A stretch of 64,000 bases of DNA from an uncultured Halobacteriales archaeon (GCA_964510865.1 CAZEDI010000002.1:8579-72578), one strand, 5' to 3'. Positions 1-10,614 are shown, numbered from the stretch's first letter. The notes: a model not told the origin generated them from the letters alone. Translations and numbers: made by a program.

Positions 1-178
1 TGCTATAGAACATGTCGTTGGTGGTTCAATCAATCCCTCCACAGGCGCGTATGTGTGGCTTCCTCACGTTATTGATATGGAATAATACACCACTTTCTTC
101 CCATAAAGTTTGAATCAAATGGGCAAACCCCCTCCAACATCCTAACGTTTATTGGTTTGGTCAGTGATCTGTTTTTTT

Positions 179-1192
179 ATGTTCCACTCACTACTCCCTC
201 TCTTATCAGAGAACAGACACCCATCTAGACAGTTGCTCCTGGCAGTTGCGGTGGCTATCGTGGTCACGACCGCAGGCTGCGCTGGAGGCATCGGTGGGGG
301 TGATGCAGGGACGGTCGATCAGGTGCCGGATAACGCGAACTTCCTTGTTCACGTCGACATGGCGGTGCTGGAAGACGAGGATAGTGAGCAACTCCTTGAC
401 GGACTTGCAGAGGAAGAAACCGGTGAGGACGAGGCAGAAGATCTCTTCCAGGAGTTCGAAGATGAAACCGGTCTCGATCTACGCGGAGCGAGCGAAGTCC
501 TCGTCTTCGGCGAGATCCCCGAGAACCAGATGGCCCAACAGGAGCGAGTAGGGGTTATCATCCACGCCGACTGGGCAGAGGATGACCTCGTCTCGTCGGT
601 CGAGGAGGAACAAGATACCGAGTATCAGCAAACGGAGTATCAGGGCGAGTCCGTCCTGTACGAGCCTGCCGAGGAACCACAGTTCGGGACGCCGATGTAC
701 CTCGGCGTCCTCGGTGATGGACAGTACGTCATCGGAGAAGAGGAATCCGTTCGTGGTGCACTCGATGTCGTCTACGGTGACGCCGACCCGGTTTCCGGGC
801 CAGTCCGTGATATCTACGACGAGGCAAGCGACGGGTACGTGACGATCGCTGCAGCGCCACCCGCAGGTGCCATCCCCGAGAACCCGGGTGCTGGAATGGG
901 ACAGGATCTCGACTTCAGTGCGTTCCAGGAACTGCAAGCACTCAGCGTTGTGTACGATACGACGGACGGTGATGCCGCGGTCGAGACGAAGATGGTCGCA
1001 GCGGACGAGAACGACGCCCAGGACATCGAGGACGTGACGTCCGGCGCGCTGTCGCTCGTTCGGGGATCGGTCCAGGACGAGGCCCTCACTGACGAGTTGC
1101 GAAAGGTCGAGGTAGACCGGGACGGGGCAACGATCACGGTGTCTTACCAGAGCGATATCGACGACATCCTCGACTTGCTCGATCAGTTCTAG
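179..1192 (+). CDS. Secreted or lipid-anchored acidic protein, first gene of the ABC-2 transporter operon
   Basis: ORF 152..1192 starts at TTG; the first ATG is at 179. The N-terminal hydrophobic stretch ends in the lipobox-like TTAGCAGG and the rest is very acidic. The stop lies 1 nt before the GTG of the next gene. Confidence 0.55.
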   Translation: MFHSLLPLLSENRHPSRQLLLAVAVAIVVTTAGCAGGIGGGDAGTVDQVPDNANFLVHVDMAVLEDEDSEQLLDGLAEEETGEDEAEDLFQEFEDETGLDLRGASEVLVFGEIPENQMAQQERVGVIIHADWAEDDLVSSVEEEQDTEYQQTEYQGESVLYEPAEEPQFGTPMYLGVLGDGQYVIGEEESVRGALDVVYGDADPVSGPVRDIYDEASDGYVTIAAAPPAGAIPENPGAGMGQDLDFSAFQELQALSVVYDTTDGDAAVETKMVAADENDAQDIEDVTSGALSLVRGSVQDEALTDELRKVEVDRDGATITVSYQSDIDDILDLLDQF

Positions 1193-1193
1193 C

Positions 1194-2264
1194 GTGGATC
1201 TGCTGGCTCTGCTCCGGAAGGAAACGCTCGCCGTTCGCGGAAACATCGGGCTCTTTGTCGTCCTCTTGATACTGATCCCGGGCGCGCTCGTCGCAGGGAC
1301 CGTGGTATACGAACGGACTATCCCCCGCGACGTGCCGGTCGGTGTCGTCGCCGCGGACGAGACCACGACCGACGATGACATCGCCATCACCCGTGCGGGA
1401 GTGACCTTCTTCGCAACACCGGTGTCATATGAGGACCCGGAACTCGTGGAGGATGCACTCCTGCGTGAGGAGGTATACTTCGCCATCGTGGTCCCGGCGA
1501 ACATCACGGAAGAGGGCAACGATGTCACGTTCACTGTCATTTCCGATCAGACCATCGTGCCATTCCAGGAGCCGGCGAATATCACGGTCAGCGTAATGAG
1601 TGGGCAGCTCGATCGATCGCTCCCGGCCCACGTGACTGTCGAGCACAAACGACTCGGCGTGAAGCGGGAGCTTTCAGAGTACCTGGTTCCGACAGGTCTG
1701 TTGGCGTTCCTCGTACTCTATGCCCTCATCTTTCTGCCGTATCAGGTCCGTGGAGAACGATTAGTCCTCGATCGACTCCAGACCGAATCGCGACTCGATC
1801 TCGTCGTCGCGAGCAAGTTGCTGTTTTACGGGGCACTTCTCATCGTGTCCGCGGTAACTGTCGGCCTCGTGACGGCAGCGCTCGGCTACGACATCGCAGC
1901 ACTGGCCCCGATGACGCTTGGTGTCCTGCTACTCACATTCGTGTTTCTTGGGGCGATCGGACTCGCCGTCTTGTTCGTATTCAAGCTCGGATCGGCAGGC
2001 GTGTTTGTCAACCTCGGGCTCGCACTCGGTATTTTCTCACTGTCGAGCTTTGTCTACCCAGTCGGCTTCTTTTCTGAAATTCGAAAGGAAATCGCGAGGT
2101 CGCTCCCCACCCACTACTCGATGATCTCCCTCAGGAGTGCCATGCTGCGGGACGCCCCGGTGACACTCTACACGGATTACCTCGTGTGGCTCGGCGCGAC
2201 CGCGGTTCTTTCGGTGGTGGTCCTGAAACTCGCCGTTGTTTCCTACCGCCGGAGGCAACAATGA
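1194..2264 (+). CDS. ABC-2 type transporter permease
   Basis: 356-aa ORF with one N-terminal TM, a large extracytoplasmic loop and about 5 C-terminal TM segments. Its stop overlaps the ATG of the downstream ABC ATPase (ATGA at 2261-2264). Confidence 0.75.
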   Translation: MDLLALLRKETLAVRGNIGLFVVLLILIPGALVAGTVVYERTIPRDVPVGVVAADETTTDDDIAITRAGVTFFATPVSYEDPELVEDALLREEVYFAIVVPANITEEGNDVTFTVISDQTIVPFQEPANITVSVMSGQLDRSLPAHVTVEHKRLGVKRELSEYLVPTGLLAFLVLYALIFLPYQVRGERLVLDRLQTESRLDLVVASKLLFYGALLIVSAVTVGLVTAALGYDIAALAPMTLGVLLLTFVFLGAIGLAVLFVFKLGSAGVFVNLGLALGIFSLSSFVYPVGFFSEIRKEIARSLPTHYSMISLRSAMLRDAPVTLYTDYLVWLGATAVLSVVVLKLAVVSYRRRQQ

Positions 2265-2941
2265 CCGAGCAGACTGTCGGAATCACCCTCAGAGGCGTGA
2301 CGAAACACTATGGAACAGTTGCAGCACTGGACGACGTCTCCATGACGATAGATCCGGATGAGTTCAGAGGGGTGATTGGCCCGAACGGTTCTGGAAAGAC
2401 GACGCTATTTCGCCTGATTGCCGATCTCACTCGGCCGACGACAGGAACCATCGAACGACCGGCCGCCGGGATTGGGTATAGCTTCCAAGAACCGCGGTTC
2501 TTCCCCGACCTCACGGTTCGCGAAAATTTGTCGGTATTCAGATCGCTAGCCGACGACCCACCACCCACATCTTGGCTGGATACCCTGATCGACGAACTCC
2601 GGCTCGACCCAGCAGTCCACCGTCGCGCTGGTGATGTGTCGGGGGGATTCCGCAAGAAGCTCGATCTCGCGCTGGCTTTCGTCAAGCGTCCGCAGTTTCT
2701 CCTGCTCGATGAACCCCTCGCTGATGTCGATAAACCCTCCCAGCGTGGCATCCTCGCATTCCTGCAGGAATACCAGGCTGCGGGTAGAACAGTCGTCGTC
2801 TCGACCCACGAAGTCGATACCTTCGAGGACTTACTCGGACACGTCACGATACTCGTCGACGGTGCTATCCAGGAGGATGGTCCCGCCGCCGATGTTCTCC
2901 CGGGATACAGAGAACAGTTTCCGTCGGTCACAGAATCGTGA
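2261..2941 (+). CDS. ABC transporter ATP-binding protein
   Basis: Walker A GPNGSGKTT, signature-like VSGGFRKKLDLA and Walker B FLLLDEP. The start was set at the internal ATG 2261 (MTEQTVGITLRGV), which overlaps the permease stop. The ORF-track extension from 2186 is Arg-rich and unlikely. Confidence 0.9.
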   Translation: MTEQTVGITLRGVTKHYGTVAALDDVSMTIDPDEFRGVIGPNGSGKTTLFRLIADLTRPTTGTIERPAAGIGYSFQEPRFFPDLTVRENLSVFRSLADDPPPTSWLDTLIDELRLDPAVHRRAGDVSGGFRKKLDLALAFVKRPQFLLLDEPLADVDKPSQRGILAFLQEYQAAGRTVVVSTHEVDTFEDLLGHVTILVDGAIQEDGPAADVLPGYREQFPSVTES

Positions 2942-3006
2942 TTCATCTTCTGGCGTGGAGGACCCCGACATCCAGAGTGTATCGAGCCCTATCCACGTTG
3001 AGAGAA

Positions 3007-4092
3007 TTATCCGGCCGGCTGGAGTTCTACTCGAAAGATCGACCCATCGGGCTGATTGTCTTTCACGGATATGGATCCTCCGTAGTACTCGACCAGTTTC
3101 TTCGTCAGGTACAATCCGAACCCGTGTTCGCGAGTAAGATCCCGTTCGAAGATGCTTGATTTCTCTCTATCAGGAACGCCCGGCCCGTTATCGGCGACTT
3201 CGACAGCGACCATGTCCGACGTTTCCTCCACCGACACGTTCACTTCGGGAACTGGTTTGTCGTTGTGACGCACCGCATTCTGTAAGATATTCTCGAAAAC
3301 ATGGGAGAGGGCTTCGTTTGCCAGCACTGACACATCCGCGGGAATCTCTGCGGACACCGTGGCGTCTGGATATGTGTTTCGCGTTGCGGTCACGCGGTCA
3401 ATGAGACTCTGGGTGAGATCGATTGACTCGAGCGTCTCATCCCCTAAGAAGGTGGTGGCGAAAATCCGCGAATGGTGTACGACCTCACTCATGTGCGAAG
3501 CTCTGTCCCTGATCGTTTCGATTCGATGGGTGATTTCGGTTTCCGGACTGTCATCCTGGTTCTCTGTGATGGACGCAATTCGGTCGGCATTCCCCTGAAC
3601 GATATTCAGGCCGTTGAGCAATTCATGTCTGAGCGTACTGTGGAGAAACGCGAGCGCGTCGCTCCGGTCCCGTGCGCGTTCCTCGTTTGCCCGCGCTCGA
3701 TGGTAGGAAAACCCCACAAGCAATCCCACTGTCAGCCCGCTACCGACTCCAAGCAGCAGATCGAGTACTGGCTCGCCTATTGTCCGACCTTCCGCGATCT
3801 GTAACACGAGCGCAATCGCGTGGATGCTCGACAAGAGCACCGCACCACCGATCCCCCACCCGACCATGTATCGCCTGAACGCCGCCTCTACGTGTTCCGC
3901 GCGCCGGAGCCAGTATCCCATGTACGCGATAGCGACGGAGAATCCTGTTCCCAGCAGCAATGTCAAAAATGGCGGCCAGAAGACGGGTAGCTCTCGAATT
4001 TCACGCAGAAAGTGCCAGAAGAACGCTCCCCACAGAGCGATGCCGCAGACTATCACCAGCGTCGCCCAGTGGGTGCTCTCTTCTCCGCGCAT
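3007..4092 (-). CDS. Membrane-bound sensor histidine kinase
   Basis: About 4 N-terminal TM helices, H-box LHSTLRHELLNGLN, and HATPase_c motifs HNDKP, DNGPGVP and GFGLYL. Confidence 0.85.
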   Translation of the reverse strand: MRGEESTHWATLVIVCGIALWGAFFWHFLREIRELPVFWPPFLTLLLGTGFSVAIAYMGYWLRRAEHVEAAFRRYMVGWGIGGAVLLSSIHAIALVLQIAEGRTIGEPVLDLLLGVGSGLTVGLLVGFSYHRARANEERARDRSDALAFLHSTLRHELLNGLNIVQGNADRIASITENQDDSPETEITHRIETIRDRASHMSEVVHHSRIFATTFLGDETLESIDLTQSLIDRVTATRNTYPDATVSAEIPADVSVLANEALSHVFENILQNAVRHNDKPVPEVNVSVEETSDMVAVEVADNGPGVPDREKSSIFERDLTREHGFGLYLTKKLVEYYGGSISVKDNQPDGSIFRVELQPAG

Positions 4093-4248
4093 ATAGTGTC
4101 AACTTGCACGGAGATGATTAAACAGTGGCCTATTAGTGGTGGTTTGAGAGGGGGGTTGGTGAAATGTAATAGGTGTCACCACGAATCCCCGACATCGGCC
4201 TCACCTTAGTGGCCCCATTGGTTTCGCCGTTCACTCGGTAGTCTCTCT

Positions 4249-5540
4249 ATGCGACTCCTCCAGGTCACGGTCCCTCCCGACGTTCTCCCTGACGTGGAGG
4301 AGGTACTTGATGAACGAGGAACTGACTATTTCGCGACCGACGAGGTCACAACGGATCAGTACGCTGTAGTACTGTATATTTCAATTCCCGACGACGAGGT
4401 GGAGCCGATCTTAGGAGAACTCTATCGAACAGGGCTCGGCTCGGAGGACCACGTGGTGATCATCGAGAGCGAAGTCGACATTTTTCAGCGAGCCGACGGG
4501 CAGCTGGAAGGACTCGGCGATTACAAACGTGTCGCAGCCGCGGAACTCGAGGGGCAGACCGAGGACCTCATCCCCGACCACCGGACATTCCTCACGATGA
4601 TGGTCCTGAGCACTATCGTTGCGACCACCGGGTTGTTGCTCGACTCATCCGCCATCGTGGTTGGAGCTATGGTACTCGCTCCTCTCCTCGGCCCCGCGAT
4701 CAGCGCGAGTGTCGGTACGGTGATCGACAAATCGGAACTGTTCCACAGGGGCGTTAGACTGCAAGCGATCGGGGTGGTAGTCGGGGTCCTGACCGCAACG
4801 GCGTTCGCCTGGATCATGCGGACCGCTTACCTCGTCCCGTCAGGATTTGCGGTGACCGCAACCCCGCAGATCGTCGAGCGGCTCTCGCCCGACCTTCTCT
4901 CGCTCATAGTTGCGCTCGTCGCGGGGGTCGCTGGGATCCTGAGTATCGCCACTGGTGCCGGAATGGCGCTAGTCGGGGTCATGATGGCTGCGGCGCTCCT
5001 TCCCCCAGCAGCGACAGTCGGGATCGGTATCGCGTGGCTGAATCCCGGTGTCGCACTCCAGTCTGGCGTCCTCCTCGCGGTGAACCTCCTAGCCATCAAC
5101 TTCGCCGGGCTCGTAACCCTCTGGTATCTGGGTATCGTCCGCAATCGTGGATCCAATTGCCACAGACGCGCCGTGCCATCCTGAAACGCGGCGGGGTCCT
5201 TCTGATCGCTATCCTGGTCACGACGGCATTCCTCTGGAACGTCACGTATGCGGGCGTCCAGCGGTCACAAATGGAGGATGCGATCGAGAGCGACGTCAAG
5301 GAGATCCTCGACGACGAGCAGTATGCTAACGTCACCCTTCTCAGCGTGAAGGTCAACCAGGATCGAGGTGGGTTCTTACAGCCGAGCGAACGAGTGATCG
5401 TGACAATTGGACGGCCCCCCAACGAGAATCATCCCGGGTTACACCGGAATATCACCGAGCGCATCCACGAACGCTCGAGCGAAGACGTGCCGGTGGAGAT
5501 TCAGGTCTCGCTCCTGATCACCGAGTCTCGTAACGAGTGA
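4249..5540 (+). pseudogene. DUF389/TIGR00341-like membrane protein interrupted by a -1 frameshift
   Basis: ORF 4249..5184 (soluble N-domain plus TM bundle) continues as ORF 5034..5540 in another frame. The join LVTLWYLG|YRPQSWIQLPQTRRAILKRGG is restored by adding one base in the run ctgggtatcg at about 5128-5135. Confidence 0.65.
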
Positions 5541-5617
5541 TTCGCTCCTCTCGTAGCCGGGTCGATCCTTACTTTCCCCGGTGAGCGAGGGGTATTGCTC
5601 CACGTCCGACAGCCGAG

Positions 5618-7708
5618 CTATTCTGTTGGAACGCGACCCTTCTCGTCCGGGATCCCCGAGTAGTCGAAGAAGAACGCGGCGATCTCGTCACGCCACTCTG
5701 CAGCGTGCTCGACCTGGTCGTCGAAGCGTTCCATGACGTGTCTGAAACGGGCCTCGTCGATCTCCCCCTCGAGGCCTGCCCACGTGTTGCGGAGCCGCGT
5801 CGCCTCCTCCACACCCGCATAGAGGTTGTCGTACATCCGTTGAATCAGCGTCGTCCCATCCGCGAGTTCGTAGTCCCAGGGCAGGTGATGGAAGAACAGC
5901 AGGAGGTCCGACGGACATCGCTCGGGATCCGAGAACTCCTCGGCAATCGGGTCCCCATACTGCTCGGCATACCCGTTACCGGATGCCGTCCGATCGACGC
6001 CGATACCGTTCTCGTCGACGCCAGTGTACTGGGGCCACTCTTCGGGATTCGGGTCGTAGTGATTCTCGAGCTCATCGCTCCCGTTGTACATCATATGGAT
6101 CAGGCCGAGACCTCCCGTCGTGTAGTCGATGAGTGCCGGCCACGAGTCCATCAACAGGTCGACGATGGTGGTTCGTGTTTCTTCTTCGACGTCGAACGTG
6201 AGATCGACCCATTCGTGTGCGATAGTGCGGGAGTCGATCGTCGGATCCCACATCTGGCGGCCCCAGCCGTAGAGGTTCCCCTGGGAAAGGTAGTGGCCCA
6301 TCCAGTTTGGATCGTCACCAACGTTCACGACACCAGTGACGCCTTCGCCCTCTCCCTCGAAAAGGGAGTGAACCGGCGTCCCTTCGCCGTGTGCGAGCGT
6401 GTCGAAGGACAGGTACTCCTCGTTCTGTGGTGGTAGGAAGCAGCAGTGGACGCCCTGTCCGGAGTACTCCTGTGTGACCTGTAGTTCGATGGCGACGTCC
6501 GTTTCGTCCATCACGCCGAAAAGCGTGGAGACCGGCTCGCGTGGCTGGAAGTCGATCGGGCCATTCTTGATCTGCAGGGTGACGTTGTCGGCGAATTCCC
6601 CATCGAGCGGCGCAAACGTCCGGTAGGCCTGCGGCGCGCGGTCACCGTGACTCCAGTAGACGAACGCCCGCCAGAACACCCGGCCACCATAGGGTGCGAG
6701 CGCTTCGGCGAGCACATTCGCTCCCTCGGCCTGGTCGCGGTCGTATTCGTGTGGGCCGGGTTGGCCCTCCGAGTCCGCTTTCACGAGGAACCCCCCGAAG
6801 TCCGGAATGCGCTCGTAGATCTCGTCGGCCTTCCGTTCCCACCACTCCTGCACAGTTGGCTCGAGGGGATCCGCGGTATCGAGGTCGCCGAAAAGGATGG
6901 GAGACGCGAAATTAACCGACAGATAGAGCTTGATTCCGTAGCGCCGAAAGACTGCTGCGAGCGGTGCGAGCCTGTCGAGGTACTCCGTCCCGATGAGACG
7001 GTAGCCCTCTACCTCGTCGATGAAGTCGTTCATTCCGCGGTGGTCCGGACGGGTGGTGTTGACGTTGTTGACCGTGATACCGTTCACGCCGATCGACGCC
7101 AGCAGTCGAGCATAATCGTGGTACCGCTCCCGGAGGTCCGGTAGCTCCTCGAACTCGAAGATCGTCCGGCCCCCGTATCCTCGTTCGATTGCCCCGCAGA
7201 ACGGCTCATCCCACTGTTGGGCCATACGGACGTCGTTCGCTGGTTCCTCGACGACGTCGAGCTCGTCGATCGGTTCCCGGCGAGACATGCGTCGAAGGAG
7301 ATCGAACGTCCCATAGACCAGACCGCGGTCAGTAGGTGCCGTGAGGATCAGACAGTCCTGCTCGTGCCACGTCGTCGCGAGCAGTCGGTAGCCGTCGTCG
7401 TCAAGTCCTCGGATCCGGTCGACGTCCACTGACTCACGAATAACCGACATCTCGTCGGGGCCACCGACCGCGAGAAATCCGTCTGGTGATCGAGGCGGAT
7501 GATTCCACACGTGCGGTTCGCGGCCGAGAAGACCCGAAAGACCTCGCCGGAGTTCGTCCCGGACCGCACCGAGCTCTGGAGCGCGGTCGGAGGCGTGGAC
7601 GTGGAGACATCGAATTTCATACGAGCGTCGACGGTCCTCATCCTGCACCGGTTCGTAGCGAAGCCAGCAGTCGTCGTACCCCCGACGTGGATCAAATCCG
7701 GATGACAT
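5618..7708 (-). CDS. aguA: Alpha-glucuronidase, glycoside hydrolase family 67
   Basis: 696 aa with full-length GH67 hallmarks: DDCWLRYEP, ERGYGGRTIF, YARLLASIGVNGITVNNVN, IPDFGGFLVKADSEGQPGP, AEGANVLAEALAPYGG, LQIKNGPIDFQPREP, VTQEYSGQ, LLLFFHHLPW and QVEHAAEWRD. Confidence 0.9.
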   Translation of the reverse strand: MSSGFDPRRGYDDCWLRYEPVQDEDRRRSYEIRCLHVHASDRAPELGAVRDELRRGLSGLLGREPHVWNHPPRSPDGFLAVGGPDEMSVIRESVDVDRIRGLDDDGYRLLATTWHEQDCLILTAPTDRGLVYGTFDLLRRMSRREPIDELDVVEEPANDVRMAQQWDEPFCGAIERGYGGRTIFEFEELPDLRERYHDYARLLASIGVNGITVNNVNTTRPDHRGMNDFIDEVEGYRLIGTEYLDRLAPLAAVFRRYGIKLYLSVNFASPILFGDLDTADPLEPTVQEWWERKADEIYERIPDFGGFLVKADSEGQPGPHEYDRDQAEGANVLAEALAPYGGRVFWRAFVYWSHGDRAPQAYRTFAPLDGEFADNVTLQIKNGPIDFQPREPVSTLFGVMDETDVAIELQVTQEYSGQGVHCCFLPPQNEEYLSFDTLAHGEGTPVHSLFEGEGEGVTGVVNVGDDPNWMGHYLSQGNLYGWGRQMWDPTIDSRTIAHEWVDLTFDVEEETRTTIVDLLMDSWPALIDYTTGGLGLIHMMYNGSDELENHYDPNPEEWPQYTGVDENGIGVDRTASGNGYAEQYGDPIAEEFSDPERCPSDLLLFFHHLPWDYELADGTTLIQRMYDNLYAGVEEATRLRNTWAGLEGEIDEARFRHVMERFDDQVEHAAEWRDEIAAFFFDYSGIPDEKGRVPTE

Positions 7709-7923
7709 ACAGTGTCCCCTACACGACAGTGGATGCTCAAAGGTGTTTCGAGCGATAGAACGCGAGCGGAGGACGCGTCCTAATACTGAGGTCCTCCGAC
7801 GATGTGCGTCTTTCGCAAAGCACCAGACGAGATCATCGTCCTAGGGGTGCGGATCTGTTATCCGTCGTCGTTTCACTGCATAGCCGCAGCTGGGTAGCGA
7901 TGTTCTCCGAAACGGATTGCGAG

Positions 7924-7945
7924 GGCAAGATGCTCCCATCTTGCC
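7924..7945 (-). terminator. Hairpin just downstream of tRNA-Leu
   Basis: Perfect 9-bp inverted repeat ggcaagatg / catcttgcc (7924-7932 and 7937-7945) about 14 nt past the tRNA 3' end. The terminator function is inferred only. Confidence 0.3.
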
Positions 7946-7958
7946 GCACTCCTGGGAG

Positions 7959-8042
7959 TGCGAGGGAAGGGATTCGAACCCTTGGACCCCTACGGGAGCG
8001 GATCTTGAGTCCGCCGCCGTTGGCCTGCTTGGCTACCCTCGC
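7959..8042 (-). tRNA. tRNA-Leu (anticodon CAA)
   Basis: The reverse complement folds by hand into a cloverleaf. Acceptor GCGAGGG/CCCTCGC, anticodon stem GCGGA/TCCGC with loop CTCAAGA, long variable arm CCCGTAGGGGTCC, T-arm AAGGG-TTCGAAT-CCCTT, discriminator A. No CCA is encoded. Confidence 0.88.
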
Positions 8043-8370
8043 ACGCACTTCCTGGTTAACTGCCCTCAGTTGTAGGTGTTTCGGGTTCAATCGCCAGACT
8101 GCGCGGATGTTATTCAGTCGTTGGCGCAGCATCTCTGCTACCTCATCGAGTCCACCATCCGAACTGTGTTTGACCTTTCCCCCATGGGTGTCTTACTACA
8201 ACACGTGAGTTCACAACACGAGAACGCCCGTCGAATAGACCAGATTTACCCTGGTCACTGATGTCAGGTTGAACTGGTAACCTCCTCCTTTCTGTAAGCA
8301 TCCTCGTCATCGTCTACTCGATGTCAGTGATGATCGTTCGACAGCCTTTACCGCACCATACTCGGTATGG

Positions 8371-8868
8371 GTGGCAATGAGTGTATTTCGTATCGTGTAT
8401 AGTGGCGATCTGCCGACCACCCGTCACTATCAGTATCTCGGGGGTGTCCTCGCGTTTGTCGTCGCCGCGGTTCACCTCACTCACCCTGATCGTGGCCTGC
8501 CACGGCTACTCCTCCTCGTTCGTACGGACAATCTAGCACTTCTCTCGAGCGACCCTCGCCCGCTACTGTTTGTTCTGTCAGGACTTGCTATCGTGGGAGT
8601 CTTGGCTCTTGTCCCATTCGGCCTTCCCCGCAAGCCGATCTACGTACTCGGTATGGCACTGGTTGCGACGTATCTGGTAGGATACTTCGGGTGGCATCTC
8701 ACCGGCCATGGCGGGTTTCTTCCAGGCCGGTTCCCTCACTATCATGGCCTCTCCCCGATAGAAGCTGTTCTGACCCACCTCCAGGACAATCCGATCGCCC
8801 GGGTATCGAAATTCGCTGAAGCACTACTCCTCGTCATCCTCGCGATACTGTACCGGCGGGCACACTGA
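8371..8868 (+). CDS. Hypothetical integral membrane protein
   Basis: 165-aa ORF with about 4 hydrophobic helices. Start is GTG 8371 or ATG 8377. Confidence 0.5.
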   Translation: MAMSVFRIVYSGDLPTTRHYQYLGGVLAFVVAAVHLTHPDRGLPRLLLLVRTDNLALLSSDPRPLLFVLSGLAIVGVLALVPFGLPRKPIYVLGMALVATYLVGYFGWHLTGHGGFLPGRFPHYHGLSPIEAVLTHLQDNPIARVSKFAEALLLVILAILYRRAH

Positions 8869-8899
8869 TCACCCGATCCGACGTTGTACTCACCCTCTA

Positions 8900-9277
8900 T
8901 TAGCCACCGTCCCAGGGAGTACTCACGTGCATTCCGACGAACTTCCATACCCCCTCGCGCGATTCGAGCGTCCCGCTCCACCGGCTGTCAACGTCGTAGT
9001 GAACCTCCGTCTCGGTGTCGTCCCAGGCCATGAACACGTCGTCTGAGAACCACGCATGGGTCTCACGCTCGACGACACGGAGTGCGGAACTCTCGACAGT
9101 CCAGTTCTCGGTCGTGCGGGTCTGCTCGCGAAGTCCCCCCTCGATCGCGTCATAGCCGGTCAACCGTTCCGTTATCCCGAACTTCACGCTCATCGGCTCT
9201 TCGGCAAAGAACGGGTGAAGTGGCTCACCGTTCCGTAGCGCGTCATAATACATCGTGACCCGCTCTTCGGCTGTCAT
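8900..9277 (-). CDS. SnoaL/NTF2-like fold protein
   Basis: Start set at internal ATG 9277 (MTAEERVTMYYDALRNGEPLHPFF), a typical SnoaL-like N-terminus, with conserved W/D-rich beta region. The family call comes from pattern recall only. Confidence 0.55.
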   Translation of the reverse strand: MTAEERVTMYYDALRNGEPLHPFFAEEPMSVKFGITERLTGYDAIEGGLREQTRTTENWTVESSALRVVERETHAWFSDDVFMAWDDTETEVHYDVDSRWSGTLESREGVWKFVGMHVSTPWDGG

Positions 9278-9398
9278 AGGTGGGGAAACCCTCGGGTGCC
9301 GAAAAGAAACGCTTGTCGACGGATCCTGCACCGCTTCGAGGTGGCGTCACGTGAGAGCTGGACAGATCGGAACGTTGAACCGGTAACCGGTCACACGC

Positions 9399-10598
9399 AT
9401 GGCCATGGCGCTGTCCGACCGTCTCGACGTCGATCCCGAGCGGGCCTGGGTGGCCGGCGTGGGTACGGTCATCGCTGCGCTCGTGCTGGGATCGATCATT
9501 CTACGTGATCTCGTCTGGGATCGCTTCCTCTGGCACTATCTCTGGGGACCAGTCTACGCGGACGCACACAACGCCCCCTGTGCCGTTATGACGGACGGTG
9601 GGCCGGAACTCGTCACCAGCCCCGCCCAGTGTGAAGCGCTCGCCGCTGCCGGACAGATAGTCGCCGAACCGGGCTACACTCTCGTCTCCGAGATCGTATA
9701 TGGCGTCACGCTCCTCGTCATGCTTATCGGCGTCTACTTCCTGCTTCACCGCCTCCAGGTCGGTGCAACCCGACGCTTTCTATATGGACTTCTCCCGTTC
9801 GTCTTCTTCGGCGGGGCACTTCGTGTCGTGGAGGATGCACTCGACCGTGCGGGAGAGCTCAGTGGAGTGGTTGCGCCGCTCAGCTACCCCTGGAATACGC
9901 CGCTCATCAGTCCGCTCATCTACTTCACGGTCTTCTTCCTCACCCTGGCAGCGCTCCTGATCAGCCTCCGACTCGCTCGACATGGAGTTGTCCGGGACTA
10001 CGAACGCGCGTTGGCAGCGATCGGAACGGGCCTCCTCGTCCTCACGGTTGGCTACCTCTTCGGTCTCACGCTGACCACCGACTACGTCACGTTCCACCCG
10101 GTGATCAGCGTGGTCGTGCTCATCGGTGCAACGGCCGTGACGTGGCTAGTCTGGACTGGTATCGAGGAATTCGCCCCGGGCATCAACCGGGGGACTGGTA
10201 CCCTCGGACTCGTGGTGATCTGGGCACACATGGTCGACGCTGTCGCGAACGTCGTCGGGATAGACTGGGGAGCGGAACTCGGTCTCCCATACGGTGATCT
10301 CAGGCCGAAACACCCCGTCAACGAGGCCATGATCGGCGTCGGGGAGTGGTTCTCGATCGTCGTGGGTGATATTCTCGGGGCCGTCGGTATCGAGGGAATC
10401 GACATCGCTCACTATGTCGGAACAGTGTGGCCCTTCCTCCTCCTGAAGATCGCTGCCGTCGTCGTCATCCTCTCCCTGTTCGATGAACGCGTCATGGAGG
10501 AGAGCCCTCGCTACGCCGTCGTGTTTCTCCTCACTGTCATCGCGGTTGGTCTCGGTCCCGGGACCCGTGACATGCTCCGAGCGACCTTCGGGATCTGA
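9399..10598 (+). CDS. Polytopic membrane protein (possibly DUF63-like)
   Basis: 399-aa ORF with 8 or more hydrophobic helices. The family name is tentative. Confidence 0.65.
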   Translation: MAMALSDRLDVDPERAWVAGVGTVIAALVLGSIILRDLVWDRFLWHYLWGPVYADAHNAPCAVMTDGGPELVTSPAQCEALAAAGQIVAEPGYTLVSEIVYGVTLLVMLIGVYFLLHRLQVGATRRFLYGLLPFVFFGGALRVVEDALDRAGELSGVVAPLSYPWNTPLISPLIYFTVFFLTLAALLISLRLARHGVVRDYERALAAIGTGLLVLTVGYLFGLTLTTDYVTFHPVISVVVLIGATAVTWLVWTGIEEFAPGINRGTGTLGLVVIWAHMVDAVANVVGIDWGAELGLPYGDLRPKHPVNEAMIGVGEWFSIVVGDILGAVGIEGIDIAHYVGTVWPFLLLKIAAVVVILSLFDERVMEESPRYAVVFLLTVIAVGLGPGTRDMLRATFGI

Positions 10599-10614
10599 GG
10601 ACACCTATTAGGAG

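Noticed and set aside
479-1540. 353-aa antisense ORF over the first two genes; similar cases at 17851..18789 and 21898..22917
   Set aside because: They are antisense shadows of well-supported genes (the ABC operon, folD/esterase, AI-2E permease) with Ser/Arg-rich low-complexity translations.
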